A DNA stretch of 64,000 nucleotides, from contig CAXNIJ010000003.1 in assembly GCA_964202455.1 (NCBI GenBank), positions 43,352 through 107,351 on the forward strand, read 5' to 3'. Below the pieces are notes generated by a model that searched no databases, was not told where the DNA came from, and saw only the letters and a list, made by a program, of their open reading frames with translations. How positions within the stretch are numbered: position 1 is the stretch's first letter; every line of letters starts with the position of its first letter. The translations under genes and the position numbers were made by a program. This document shows positions 54,983-64,000 of the stretch, piece after piece. The stretch is from Candidatus Pacearchaeota archaeon. Lineage in GTDB: Archaea > Nanobdellota > Nanobdellia > Pacearchaeales > GW2011-AR1.

Positions 54983-55599
54983 TATTTAATCTCCACGAGA
55001 ATAGGCTTGCCCATAGTCGTTTTTACCATAATATTTTTTATGTTTTCTTTCTTTGTGGGTAGAGCATTAACAAGACCTTGATAAATTGCTTGAATATTCT
55101 CAATTAAGTCTGAATCTTTCATATTCTCTTTTCCAACACAGACTTTAACGCTAGGTTCTTTGACTCTGATTTTCACAGCAGTACTAATTTTTTCAAGAAG
55201 TTGTTTAATAGCTGCTTCATCTTCTTTCATTAATACTCCTAGTTGTGGAGAAGGCATTTTTCCTGATGGGCCTAAAATTTTACCAAAATTTGTAGCAACT
55301 GAAGGCATCAGAGGCGCCGCTGCAATGAAAAAATCATATTCTTTAACAAGTTCCTTCATCGGTTTCTTTTCTTTGAACTTTTGGAAATCTGGTTGAGTAA
55401 TTGTTCTGACTAATTCGCTTTTCTTAGTTAAGAATCCGCAAACTTTCTTATCTTTTATTTTGTGAGGAATATTTACAATAGTTGCTACATTATCTCTTTT
55501 TACGTCGATGCCTTTTAAGTTTATAATGAGATCTATACTCTGATTAAATTTTCTTTTCTCTTCCTTTCGTAGTTCTGCAATTGCTTGTTTAAGTTCCAT
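54982..55599 (-). CDS. rpl1: ribosomal protein uL1
   Basis: 205 aa. Motifs: FNQSIDLIINLKGIDVKR and GKILGPSGKMP. Confidence 0.9.
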   Translation of the reverse strand: MELKQAIAELRKEEKRKFNQSIDLIINLKGIDVKRDNVATIVNIPHKIKDKKVCGFLTKKSELVRTITQPDFQKFKEKKPMKELVKEYDFFIAAAPLMPSVATNFGKILGPSGKMPSPQLGVLMKEDEAAIKQLLEKISTAVKIRVKEPSVKVCVGKENMKDSDLIENIQAIYQGLVNALPTKKENIKNIMVKTTMGKPILVEIK

Positions 55600-55800
55600 G
55601 TTTTTTTGTCTTCTACAGTATGATCTCTGTGTTCAGAAAACGAACATGAAGATATGTAGTTATCGACATTCTTCTTGAGAATTGGACGTTTTTAAATGTT
55701 TTTATCCTTGAATTTCTTCAATACTGGGTGAGTTCATCTATATTTTTTTGAGAAGTTTGAATAATTCCGAATCTGTGAAGAATTTTCAAAGTTCTTGTTA

Positions 55801-55830
55801 GAGAAGTTTAGGCTTTTGCAAACTTCTCTT
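55801..55830. repeat. conserved stem-loop AGAGAAGTTT-loop-AAACTTCTCT (copy 3 of 3)
   Basis: 10-bp perfect stem with loop AGGCTTTTGC. It lies in the 344-nt divergent spacer between rpl1 and the GT2-TPR gene. Confidence 0.45.
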
Positions 55831-55943
55831 TTATTGTACTAATAGAATATTCATAATCTTGTATGGATTTATCTTCTTTTTATTAATTTAGATGATCACG
55901 TTATTACCTCAATATTTATAGAGCCTTATTTCTCTTACATTTA

Positions 55944-56984
55944 ATGATTTCCTTATGTGTAATTGGAAAAAATAATGAAAAGACTATTGGAGCTTGCATT
56001 TCTAGTGTTAAGCCACTTGTATCAGAGATCATTTATGTAGATACCGGTTCTATAGATAATACAAAGAAAATTGCTGCATCTTTTGGAGCTAAAATATTTG
56101 ATTTTACATGGAATGACAATTATTCTGATGCAAAGAATGCTTCGTATGCCCGAGCAACTCAGCCATGGATTTTAAGCCTTGATACCGATGAAGTCATCGC
56201 TCTTAAAGATTTACAGAAAATAAAAAATCTTGTTTTGGAAGGAGATCATGAAGGATATTTTCTTATTCAAAGAAATTACACCAATAAGGTCGGGTCTTTC
56301 TCTTGGACTTCTTGCAAAGATGATATCTACCAAGAAAGTAAAATTTCTCACGGATTTGTTCCTAGAATGATGGTTCGTCTTTTTAGAAATGATCCACATA
56401 TTAGAGCCGAGGGAGTTGCGCACGATTCAGTCATACCTGCAATTGCACGAATAAATGGAAAAATTAAAAATACTGAAATTGTTATTCATCATTTTGGATC
56501 ATTGAATCATGATGCTGCACATGTCCAGAGATATATAGATATTGAGAAAAGAAATATCAAAAATGATTTTTACCAAGAATATCAAATTGCCTCTCAGTAT
56601 CATACCCTTGAAAAATTAAATGAAGCTGTTGAACATCTCGCAAAATCTTTACAGCTTAATCCGAATTTTGCCTTAACCTATCTAGAGTTAGCTTTGATTG
56701 GAATGAAAAGAGGGAAAATCTCCGAATCTAAACCTCTTATTGTTGAATCTTTACGTCTTGAAGAAAGAGAAATGGCCTGGAGTACTTTGGGAATTGTAGA
56801 AGTGTTTGAGAAGAATTTTGAAAAAGCAATTGAGTGTTTCAACAAAGCAATTTCAATGAATCTTAAGAATGCAGACCATTATTTTAATTTGAGTCAAGTA
56901 TTGAAAGAAACTGGAAAAATGAAGGAATCAAAGGAAGCGTTAGATAAAGCGATTTATTTGAATCCGGCTTATGCAAAAAAATAA
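55944..56984 (+). CDS. GT2 glycosyltransferase fused to TPR repeats
   Basis: The N-terminus has ISLCVIGKNNEKTI and SLDTDE. The C-terminal third has TPR-like repeats (ALTYLELALIGMKRG, ADHYFNLSQVLKETGK). Confidence 0.65.
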   Translation: MISLCVIGKNNEKTIGACISSVKPLVSEIIYVDTGSIDNTKKIAASFGAKIFDFTWNDNYSDAKNASYARATQPWILSLDTDEVIALKDLQKIKNLVLEGDHEGYFLIQRNYTNKVGSFSWTSCKDDIYQESKISHGFVPRMMVRLFRNDPHIRAEGVAHDSVIPAIARINGKIKNTEIVIHHFGSLNHDAAHVQRYIDIEKRNIKNDFYQEYQIASQYHTLEKLNEAVEHLAKSLQLNPNFALTYLELALIGMKRGKISESKPLIVESLRLEEREMAWSTLGIVEVFEKNFEKAIECFNKAISMNLKNADHYFNLSQVLKETGKMKESKEALDKAIYLNPAYAKK

Positions 56985-56986
56985 TA

Positions 56987-57670
56987 CTATGGGCGCTTGA
57001 GAACAAATTGAATCATCTGAGGAATTCTTTTTTGAGGATATCCTTTTCTTTCATATCCTATGATAAATCCTTCATAATAATTAACGGATAGCGGCCAAGG
57101 ACTCATCGTGAGCATATTCCCCTTTATAACAAATTTTACTCGGGTCTTCTTCTGAGAAGCATGACTTGCGAATATCTCTACTCCCCCTATTGCATCTTTT
57201 CCAAGCGCAAAATCGAAAGCAATATCATCTGCAATTTCTGTAATAGCGTCCGCAAAAAGAAATTCTTTTTGAGAAATATTTACTACTTTTATCTTTTTAG
57301 AGAGCGAAGATTCAAGAAGTATCGAGAGTTCTTTCATATCTGCAGGAGGATACATTGCAATTAAGCGTTTAATATGTAAAAGCGTAAGAATATCTGATAC
57401 TGGATCTTTATTTTCTTTGATAATTCCTTGCTTGAGCGTATGCATCCTTTCTTTTTTTGATAAGGACATGAGATTATAGTTGTCATGCTCTTCAAATCCA
57501 CGATCATGAAACAAGACTCCCCTCACAAATGAATCATGAGGGATTTTAGGTCTTTCAAAAGAAATATTGCCCCAAAGTGCTGCTATTACTGCTGAAAGTC
57601 TTGCATGCTCTGCTTGAGAAACAATTAGTTGATGACGTGAAGAAATAAACATAAGAGAATTATCGTCCAA
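56987..57670 (-). CDS. hypothetical protein
   Basis: 227-aa ORF. It has a His/Asp-rich segment (VLFHDRGFEEHDN). Family not recognised. Confidence 0.45.
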   Translation of the reverse strand: MDDNSLMFISSRHQLIVSQAEHARLSAVIAALWGNISFERPKIPHDSFVRGVLFHDRGFEEHDNYNLMSLSKKERMHTLKQGIIKENKDPVSDILTLLHIKRLIAMYPPADMKELSILLESSLSKKIKVVNISQKEFLFADAITEIADDIAFDFALGKDAIGGVEIFASHASQKKTRVKFVIKGNMLTMSPWPLSVNYYEGFIIGYERKGYPQKRIPQMIQFVLKRP

Positions 57671-57860
57671 ACATCTTTATGATGTCTGCGATAAGAAATC
57701 CAATTAACCCGATCGCTAAAAGACCTAAAGCAGAAATCTTAGATATTGATTTGAATTCATCCATACTTGGTTTTCTCAAAAGTTGCCAGACACGAGTACA
57801 CTGAACAAAGAAAGATTTTATGCGAGTTCCTAGTGCAAATCCTTGAGAGGTATTATCCAT
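57660..57860 (-). CDS. secE: preprotein translocase subunit SecE (Sec61-gamma)
   Basis: 66 aa. LLRKPSMDEFKSISKISALGLLAIGLIGFLIADII is the typical archaeal SecE layout. It sits downstream of ftsZ, as in many archaea. Confidence 0.75.
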   Translation of the reverse strand: MDNTSQGFALGTRIKSFFVQCTRVWQLLRKPSMDEFKSISKISALGLLAIGLIGFLIADIIKMFGR

Positions 57861-57910
57861 AGTTAATTGAGTGAATTGGGGTTTTTAAAACTAATGAGAG
57901 AATTAACACG

Positions 57911-59002
57911 CTAATTGTGTCCGACATAATCAATTCCCAATTCTTCACCTAGAGCATCTTCTTTTTTAATATCTAAGTCTATGCCTGCTCCGAGAATTTG
58001 AGAACTTTTAACTCCAGTAACTATTAGTAAAACTTTAATAGAGCGATCCATATCTGCAGATATTTGTGCGCCTGAAATAAGTTTTGCATCTGGAGAAATT
58101 TTACTTCCAATGACTTCCATGATTAAACGATATTCATCAAGAGACATATCATTTCCTCCGATAATATTAACTAAGGCACCAGTTGCATTAGTAATGTCTA
58201 CATCTAAAAGAGGATTGCTAATTGCTTTTTCAACTGCATCGCGAGCCCTATCTTTTGAATCTGATTCACCAATCCCTATAAGCGAGACTCCACCATTCGA
58301 CATAACTGCTTTTACATCTGCAAAGTCTAGATTAACTAGTCCTGCTTTTGTTACTAGTTCTGCAATTCCCTTAACAGAATTAGTAAGAATTTCATCAGCT
58401 ACTTTAAATGCAGTATGGATGGGTAACTCCGGAGCTATTTCGAGAAGTTTATCATTTGGTATGACTATAAGTGTGTCACATACTGCAACCATTCTTTCCA
58501 GACCATATTGTGCATTCTCTATGCGTTTTTGTCCTTCAACGGTAAATGGTAATGTCACAATTCCAATTGTAAGTGCCCCTTGTTTTTTTGCTAAATCTGC
58601 AACTACTGGAGCAGCGCCAGTCCCCGTTCCTCCTCCAAGACCGCAAGTGATGAACACCATATCTGAATCTCCGATTTTCTTTTTTATTTCTTGCTCAGAT
58701 TCTTTTGCTGCTTGTTCTCCTATTTTCGGATTGCTTCCTGCCCCTAGACCATGAGTTATTTCTCGACCAATTAGAATTTTTGTATCTGCATTGGAATACA
58801 AAAGATCTTGTGCATCAGTATTTACTGCGATAATCTCACAACCCTTAATTCCTGTTTCTTTCATACGAGAAATAGAATTTCCACCTCCACCTCCACATCC
58901 AACTACTTTTATTCTCGCACCTTGCTTTTTAAGAAGTTCTTCAAGTTCTTTATCAATATCGCTTCCTCTTGGACCCTCTTTTTCTATGGTTATACTAGCC
59001 AT
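57911..59002 (-). CDS. ftsZ: cell division GTPase FtsZ
   Basis: 363 aa. Motifs: GCGGGGGNSI, GLGGGTGTGAAPVVA, NLDFADV. Confidence 0.95.
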   Translation of the reverse strand: MASITIEKEGPRGSDIDKELEELLKKQGARIKVVGCGGGGGNSISRMKETGIKGCEIIAVNTDAQDLLYSNADTKILIGREITHGLGAGSNPKIGEQAAKESEQEIKKKIGDSDMVFITCGLGGGTGTGAAPVVADLAKKQGALTIGIVTLPFTVEGQKRIENAQYGLERMVAVCDTLIVIPNDKLLEIAPELPIHTAFKVADEILTNSVKGIAELVTKAGLVNLDFADVKAVMSNGGVSLIGIGESDSKDRARDAVEKAISNPLLDVDITNATGALVNIIGGNDMSLDEYRLIMEVIGSKISPDAKLISGAQISADMDRSIKVLLIVTGVKSSQILGAGIDLDIKKEDALGEELGIDYVGHN

Positions 59003-59046
59003 ATTGCAAAGAAGCGATAAGTGTTTATAAGGATTGTTGTTGTGTG

Positions 59047-59100
59047 TTAACTTGACATCACAAATTAACTAGTCAAGTTAATAATGTCAAGGAACTTGAC
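59047..59100. repeat. CTTGAC/GTCAAG hairpin pair between clpP-like and ftsZ
   Basis: TTAACTTGAC/GTCAAGTTAA forms a 10-bp stem (59047-59081). GTCAAG-gaa-CTTGAC is at 59086-59100. Confidence 0.35.
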
Positions 59101-59152
59101 GCAAAATCCAACTCATCAAGAATCTTCGATCTTCTAAAATCTATTTAACTAA

Positions 59153-59767
59153 TTAATCTAATTTCTTTTTTGGATAAATTACTTCATCTGCAAGACCAAA
59201 TTTTACTGCTTTGTCTGCATACCAAATTGTGTCATGTGCACATTTATCTGACCAGAATTTTGCTGGTCGACCACTTCTTTCTGAGAAAATACCATACATT
59301 CTCTGTCTATCTTTTTTTGACCATTCTGACCAAGCTTCATTGCTACGAGTAGGCATTCTATCTGTATCTTGTATATACCCATCATGAATCATGACAACGG
59401 TGTTTGGATGTAACAGTCTTCTTCTTCCTGCTTGTAAAATGACTGCGCCCATACTAGATGCTTGGCCGTAGACTTCAATATCTATTGGTGAAATTGATGC
59501 GCGAATTGCATCATAAATTGCCATTCCAGACATGGTACTTCCCCCAGGATTATTGGTAATTATTCTTATTGGATCTTTACCAGACTTATTTAACATATAT
59601 ATTCCTTTAATTAAATATTCTGCCATTAAAGCATCTACTCCAAGGTCACATCCATCTGCTGAATAATGCATTGTACCCAAATATATTGTTCTTCCGGATA
59701 AATCTAAACTTCTTTCAAAAATATTTTTCATTCGTTCTTCAATTTCTTCTATATTTTTTCCTTTCAT
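59153..59767 (-). CDS. ClpP-family (S14) serine peptidase-like protein
   Basis: 204 aa. Motifs: ITNNPGGSTMSGMAIYDAI, GQASSMGAVIL (Ser), VMIHDG (His). Confidence 0.7.
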   Translation of the reverse strand: MKGKNIEEIEERMKNIFERSLDLSGRTIYLGTMHYSADGCDLGVDALMAEYLIKGIYMLNKSGKDPIRIITNNPGGSTMSGMAIYDAIRASISPIDIEVYGQASSMGAVILQAGRRRLLHPNTVVMIHDGYIQDTDRMPTRSNEAWSEWSKKDRQRMYGIFSERSGRPAKFWSDKCAHDTIWYADKAVKFGLADEVIYPKKKLD

Positions 59768-59849
59768 ATTTTTCGACTAAAAACTAATTATTTAAATTCA
59801 TGTATTCTTTAGAGCATATATTTTTATAGGTTTAAGTTGTGCATTTCCC

Positions 59850-60461
59850 ATGATTAAGACAGTTATCTTCGACTTCGACGGAGTTATTCATAATACTCTC
59901 GAGATCGCTTTCAAAGTTAATAAGAAACTGAATCCACATTTGACTATTGAAGAATATAAAAATTTTTTTAATGGAAATTTTTACAAGAGTGCCGGCATCC
60001 TAAAAGGAGATAAAAAGCTGAAGTCGAGTAATGAATTTTTTGAATTGCAAGAGATAGAATTTAACAGTCTAAAAATTGAAAAGGCAATTTGGGAAAATAT
60101 ATTGAAAATCAAAAATAATTATGATTTATTTATTATAACTTCTAATCGTGAGAAAACATTGCGTAATTACTTCGAAAGGAATAATCTTTCTAAAGTTTTT
60201 AAAGAGATATTGGGATTTGAGACACATACTTCTAAAGTAGAGAAGTTTAAAATGCTCATGAAAAAATATGGCATTACGAAAGATAATTGTGTATTTGTTA
60301 CGGATACCCTTGGAGATATCCTCGAAGCGCATAAAGTTGGACTAAGGACAATTGCAGTGGATTTTGGATTTCATGAGAGAAAAAGATTAGAAAAGGGTAA
60401 TCCATTAACCATTATCTCAAAATTTGAAGAGATTTTACCTGCTATCCAAAATCTTTCTTAA
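59850..60461 (+). CDS. HAD-superfamily hydrolase
   Basis: It has VIFDFDGVI (DxD) at the N-terminus and a late VTDTLGD motif. Confidence 0.75.
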   Translation: MIKTVIFDFDGVIHNTLEIAFKVNKKLNPHLTIEEYKNFFNGNFYKSAGILKGDKKLKSSNEFFELQEIEFNSLKIEKAIWENILKIKNNYDLFIITSNREKTLRNYFERNNLSKVFKEILGFETHTSKVEKFKMLMKKYGITKDNCVFVTDTLGDILEAHKVGLRTIAVDFGFHERKRLEKGNPLTIISKFEEILPAIQNLS

Positions 60462-60496
60462 GCGTTACTAAGCTTTTTATACGCCTAAAACTTTAT

Positions 60497-61171
60497 TTGT
60501 CTATGTTAATTATTGGAATAGACGATGCAGGAAGGGGTCCTCTGATTGGCCCGATGATGCTCGCAGGAGTGCTTTTAGAAGAAAAAGATGAAAAATATCT
60601 AAAAGAAGAAGGAGTTGACGATTCTAAAAAATTGACTCATCCAGTTAGAGTTAAACTTGCAGAAACAATTAAAGATAGTGTGAAAGCATTTGAAGTTGTC
60701 TCAACCTCTGCAACGCAAATCGATCATTCTCTTAATACTGGAATAAATTTGAATACTCTTGAAGCTATGAAGACAGCAGAAATAATAAATAAATTAAATA
60801 ATAAAAAAGATAAAATTAAAGTTATTGTAGATTGTCCCTCAGTTAATACAAAAGCATGGAGAGCAACTCTTTTGGGATACATTCATCATTCTGAAAATCT
60901 TGAAGTTCTTTGTGAACATAAAGCAGATGCAAATCATCCATCGGTATCTGCGGCTTCTATCTTAGCTAAAGTTGCTCGTGAAGAAGCAGTTACAAAATTA
61001 CAAGAAGAATATGGGAATATGGGCTCAGGATATCCATCAGACCCGACAACCATTGTATTTTTGAAGAAACATGGAAAACGCTTAAAAGATTCTGGAATTT
61101 TCAGAACCACCTGGTCTACTTGGAAACAACTCTTTCCAGATGCAAAGCAGAAGACACTAGAAGGATTCTAA
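60497..61171 (+). CDS. rnhB: ribonuclease HII
   Basis: 224 aa. Motifs: IIGIDDAGRGPLIGPM, KADANHPSVSAASILAK, GSGYPSD. Confidence 0.9.
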   Translation: MSMLIIGIDDAGRGPLIGPMMLAGVLLEEKDEKYLKEEGVDDSKKLTHPVRVKLAETIKDSVKAFEVVSTSATQIDHSLNTGINLNTLEAMKTAEIINKLNNKKDKIKVIVDCPSVNTKAWRATLLGYIHHSENLEVLCEHKADANHPSVSAASILAKVAREEAVTKLQEEYGNMGSGYPSDPTTIVFLKKHGKRLKDSGIFRTTWSTWKQLFPDAKQKTLEGF

Positions 61172-64000
61172 TCTCCAGGTTTTTCTTCTTCTCTTTCCAA
61201 AGCTACTTCGCTCTCTATTTCTGCAACAGCTTTTTCTTCAAGAACTTCGGCATCCGATTTTACTTCTAAAGAAGATGGAGATTTTTGATTACTTTCAATT
61301 TTTAAACTTAGAACTTTTGAAACTCCATCATGCATACTCACGCCATAAAGAACATTTGAGCTCATAATAATTGAATCGTTGTGTGTAATTACTATATATT
61401 GCCCGGACTTCATGTATTGGTGAAGAAGTGCAGCTAGGCGCTCAGAGTTTCTTTTGTCTAGTGCTGCATCAATTTCGTCAAAGATATAAAAGTGATAAGG
61501 CTTGTATTCCTGAATAGCAAATAAAAGTGAAAGCGCAACGAGCGTTTGTTCTCCCCCAGAGAGTGAAGTAACATCAAAATATTTTCCTTTTGCAAGACGC
61601 ACAACTATGTTTACTCCTCCTGCAAAAATATCTTCGTGGTTTTCCAGTTCTAGAAATGCAACTCCTTTAGAAGAAAGTTTAGCAAAATTCTGAGAGAATA
61701 AATCGCTCATTGCTTTAAAAGTTTTCATAAATGAACGTATTTTTTTCTTATCTATTTCTTCGACAATTTTCATAATTTCTATTTTTTCTTTTTCAAGCAC
61801 AGTTACTTTTTCAAAGACAATATCGTATTCCTTCTTTACCTCTTCGTATACCTCTAGGGCCCTCATATTAATTGAACCTATTTGAGTCAAAGCTTCTTGT
61901 GTTTTCTTTAGTCTCTCTTCTAGTGCGGCTATACTTCCAACTATAATTTCTACTCCCACAAATTCAGTTAGTTCCATATCTACTGCTTCCTTTTCTGCGT
62001 CTGCTCTCGCTTTTCCTAAACGAAGATAATTGATTTGATCATCTATTTGTCTAATTTCAGATTGAACTTCTGAAAGTGTAATTCCTTTGTCCTGAGATTC
62101 TCTTTGTAAGTTATCTCTTTGTTCAAACATTTTTTTAAAGCGCTCATTTAGACTCTTTTCTTTTTCTTCAAATTCTTGTAAAATCTTTGCTTTAGATTTT
62201 GCTCTTTCAACAAGGTCCTTAAGCTCTCTTTGAACGTCTTCAAGATCTTTAGAGCTTCTCTTTATAATATTTTTAGTCCCCTCTAGTTCTCTTTCTTTGT
62301 ATAATAAAGTGGTTTCTGCATCTTCTGCAGTTCTCGATGAGATTTCTTCAATCTCTAGTATTTTAGCATCGTATTTTTCTTGAATCATTACTAGAGCAGT
62401 AATCTTATTTTCTAATAATGATCTTCTTTGTTCAAACTGAAGTATTTCTTCTTTTAGAGATTTTTCCTGTGCAACAACTCTTTTAATCTGTTCGTTTTTA
62501 TCTTTGACTGTACGATGCCTCATTGATTCCATTTCTGCGCTTTGAAGAATTTCTTTTGACTGTCTCATTTCTTTATCTATCTCTCTTATGCGAGACTGGA
62601 GTTTCACCAAAGATTCTTGAGAGACTCTCTTTATCTCATTTGATTCAGAAATTTGTGTGTCTGACTCTCTAAATACATGCTCAATATGATTTGCAGTTAT
62701 TTTATTTTGACATAGGGGACAAGTGTCTATCTTTTCTACTTGATGTTTTATTCTCTCTGCATGGGCAATTTTTGATTCGGCTACAGATAGAGATTTTTCG
62801 TATTTTACTATTTCTTCTCTATTTTTTATCAATTCTTTTTCATATTCGCTAATTGTTTGCCTTGCATGAGTAATTGCTTTTATGCAATCCTCTTCTTTAG
62901 AATATGTCAACTTCGAAGCTAAAGATTCTAATTGTTTAAGAATTTCTTCTGATTCAATTCTAACTCTTGCATGTTGTCTTTCTTTATCTTTGAGAATTTC
63001 TCTTATAGAATTTAACTCAGTTTTAGTTGATAAAAGCTTACTTCTCTCTTCTTCCAGAAGAGCAAATTCTTCTTTCTTTTTCTTTAATTCTCCAGCTTTT
63101 TTTGCTAAAATTGGAGATTCCTTTCTTAAACTTTCTATTTCCTTATCTAATTCTGGAATTGTTTTCTTTATTTCTTCTACTCTTCTTTCTATTTCTGTTT
63201 TACGATTTTCATAATTTTCTTTTCTTACTTTCAATCCTTCTAATTCAGCCTTTAGATTTGCTACATTATTGTGAAGTGTTTCTTGTTCTAGGCCTGTAGC
63301 TTGTTGAATACTTTTATTTATTCTTTGAATTTCATCAGTTAAACCTGTAATATCTTTTTGATGCTTCTCTGATTTTTCTCTTAATTTATCTCTTTGTGAG
63401 GTCTTTTCTTGTATAGACTTAAAGAGAGCATCTATTTCTTTTTGTTTATCTTCGCCTTTTCTATGGAGAATTGAACTTTTACATTTTTTTATGTTTTGCT
63501 CTAGTTCTTTATAACGTAAAGCTTGAGAACGTTCTCTATCTAGATTTTTTAGATAAGCCGTACGTTCTCTAAGAATTGCAGATATTTCTCTTAATTTTTC
63601 ATCCGTTTTTCCCAATTCATGTAAAGATTTCTCTTTTCTTGATTCATAAATCGATATTCCCGCTACATCTTCTATAATTTTTCTTCTTTCTTCTGAATGC
63701 ATTCTGACAATCGACTGAATCTGCCCTTGAAGAATTAAGTTAAATCCATACGGATCAATTCCAGCTTGAGCTAGTAATTCTATAACTTCAGCGCGAGTTT
63801 TTGCTTCTCCATTTATCCTGTATATACTTTGTCCGTTATGCCGAACAACTCTAGTTACATTAACTTCGTCTTTTGGAACTCCGAAAATTTTATCGGTATT
63901 ATCAAATATAAGTTCTACAATTGCCTCTTTTGCCGGTTTGATATATTTTGAGCCCATAAACAAAAGATTTTTTGCCTTTGCAGCACGCATGGATTTAATA
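61168..64000 (-). CDS. smc: SMC-family ATPase with CxxC hook instead of hinge; N-terminus outside window
   Basis: SMC-type head pieces: VELIFDN...QGQIQSIVRM...ERRKIIEDVAGI at the N-end, and LSGGEQTLVALSLLFAIQEYKPYHFYIFDEIDAALD...GVSMHDGVSKV at the C-end. The coiled coil is continuous, with KIDTCPLCQNKITANH at its centre (62710-62721). The frame is open to position 64000. Confidence 0.85.
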   Translation of the reverse strand, partial: IKSMRAAKAKNLLFMGSKYIKPAKEAIVELIFDNTDKIFGVPKDEVNVTRVVRHNGQSIYRINGEAKTRAEVIELLAQAGIDPYGFNLILQGQIQSIVRMHSEERRKIIEDVAGISIYESRKEKSLHELGKTDEKLREISAILRERTAYLKNLDRERSQALRYKELEQNIKKCKSSILHRKGEDKQKEIDALFKSIQEKTSQRDKLREKSEKHQKDITGLTDEIQRINKSIQQATGLEQETLHNNVANLKAELEGLKVRKENYENRKTEIERRVEEIKKTIPELDKEIESLRKESPILAKKAGELKKKKEEFALLEEERSKLLSTKTELNSIREILKDKERQHARVRIESEEILKQLESLASKLTYSKEEDCIKAITHARQTISEYEKELIKNREEIVKYEKSLSVAESKIAHAERIKHQVEKIDTCPLCQNKITANHIEHVFRESDTQISESNEIKRVSQESLVKLQSRIREIDKEMRQSKEILQSAEMESMRHRTVKDKNEQIKRVVAQEKSLKEEILQFEQRRSLLENKITALVMIQEKYDAKILEIEEISSRTAEDAETTLLYKERELEGTKNIIKRSSKDLEDVQRELKDLVERAKSKAKILQEFEEKEKSLNERFKKMFEQRDNLQRESQDKGITLSEVQSEIRQIDDQINYLRLGKARADAEKEAVDMELTEFVGVEIIVGSIAALEERLKKTQEALTQIGSINMRALEVYEEVKKEYDIVFEKVTVLEKEKIEIMKIVEEIDKKKIRSFMKTFKAMSDLFSQNFAKLSSKGVAFLELENHEDIFAGGVNIVVRLAKGKYFDVTSLSGGEQTLVALSLLFAIQEYKPYHFYIFDEIDAALDKRNSERLAALLHQYMKSGQYIVITHNDSIIMSSNVLYGVSMHDGVSKVLSLKIESNQKSPSSLEVKSDAEVLEEKAVAEIESEVALEREEEKPGD

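Noticed and set aside
58110-58754. 214-aa plus-strand ORF antisense to ftsZ
   Set aside because: It lies entirely inside the strongly supported FtsZ gene. Its translation is low-complexity (S/P/T/A-rich), as expected for the antisense frame of a Gly/Ala-rich gene.
37495-59134. Hairpin clusters as CRISPR arrays
   Set aside because: There are no constant-length direct repeats separated by unique spacers. The units are inverted repeats of variable sequence and spacing, and no cas genes are present.

Overview
AT-rich (about one-third GC by eye), densely packed archaeal chromosome segment. The markers are AglB/STT3 with WWDYG, Spt5-L11 and L1-P0-P1 clusters, RpoP, L37Ae, prefoldin alpha and beta, SecE/Sec61-gamma, FtsZ plus SepF, RNase P Pop5, RNase J, RNase HII, a ~170-aa archaeosortase, class-III-signal pilins and an intron-containing tRNA. 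Together with generally shortened proteins, these point to a small-genome DPANN-like archaeon (inference). Layout: 1-28.5 kb is one large surface-glycan / N-glycosylation island. It holds a carbamoyltransferase, four GT2s, fused RmlB-RmlA, RmlC, an SDR, an RfbH/ColD-type 3-dehydratase, GT9, two GT-C enzymes, AsnB, a methyltransferase, a split Alg14/Alg13-like pair, two Dol-P-hexose synthase-like GT2s, a flippase, AglH and AglB. 28.7-34.5 kb is housekeeping. 34.5-37 kb is a four-gene pilin operon. 37-38 kb carries a RelE toxin-antitoxin pair plus a wHTH gene. 38.5-41.3 kb is the S-layer gene. 42.9-46.5 kb has DedA, an archaeosortase and a large surface protein. 47.2-59 kb has division, translation and transcription genes with two tRNAs. 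59-64 kb has a ClpP-like gene, HAD, RNase HII and a hinge-less SMC. The least-explained signal is non-coding. One family of locally GC-enriched intergenic modules consists of chained hairpins on a TCAAG...CTTGA core (twin hairpins with a 6-nt linker), and one copy sits inside the 109-nt intron of tRNA-Ser. A second conserved stem-loop (AGAGAAGTTT...AAACTTCTCT) shows a compensatory base-pair change. All functional calls come from my own reading of motifs; no database search or folding program was run.
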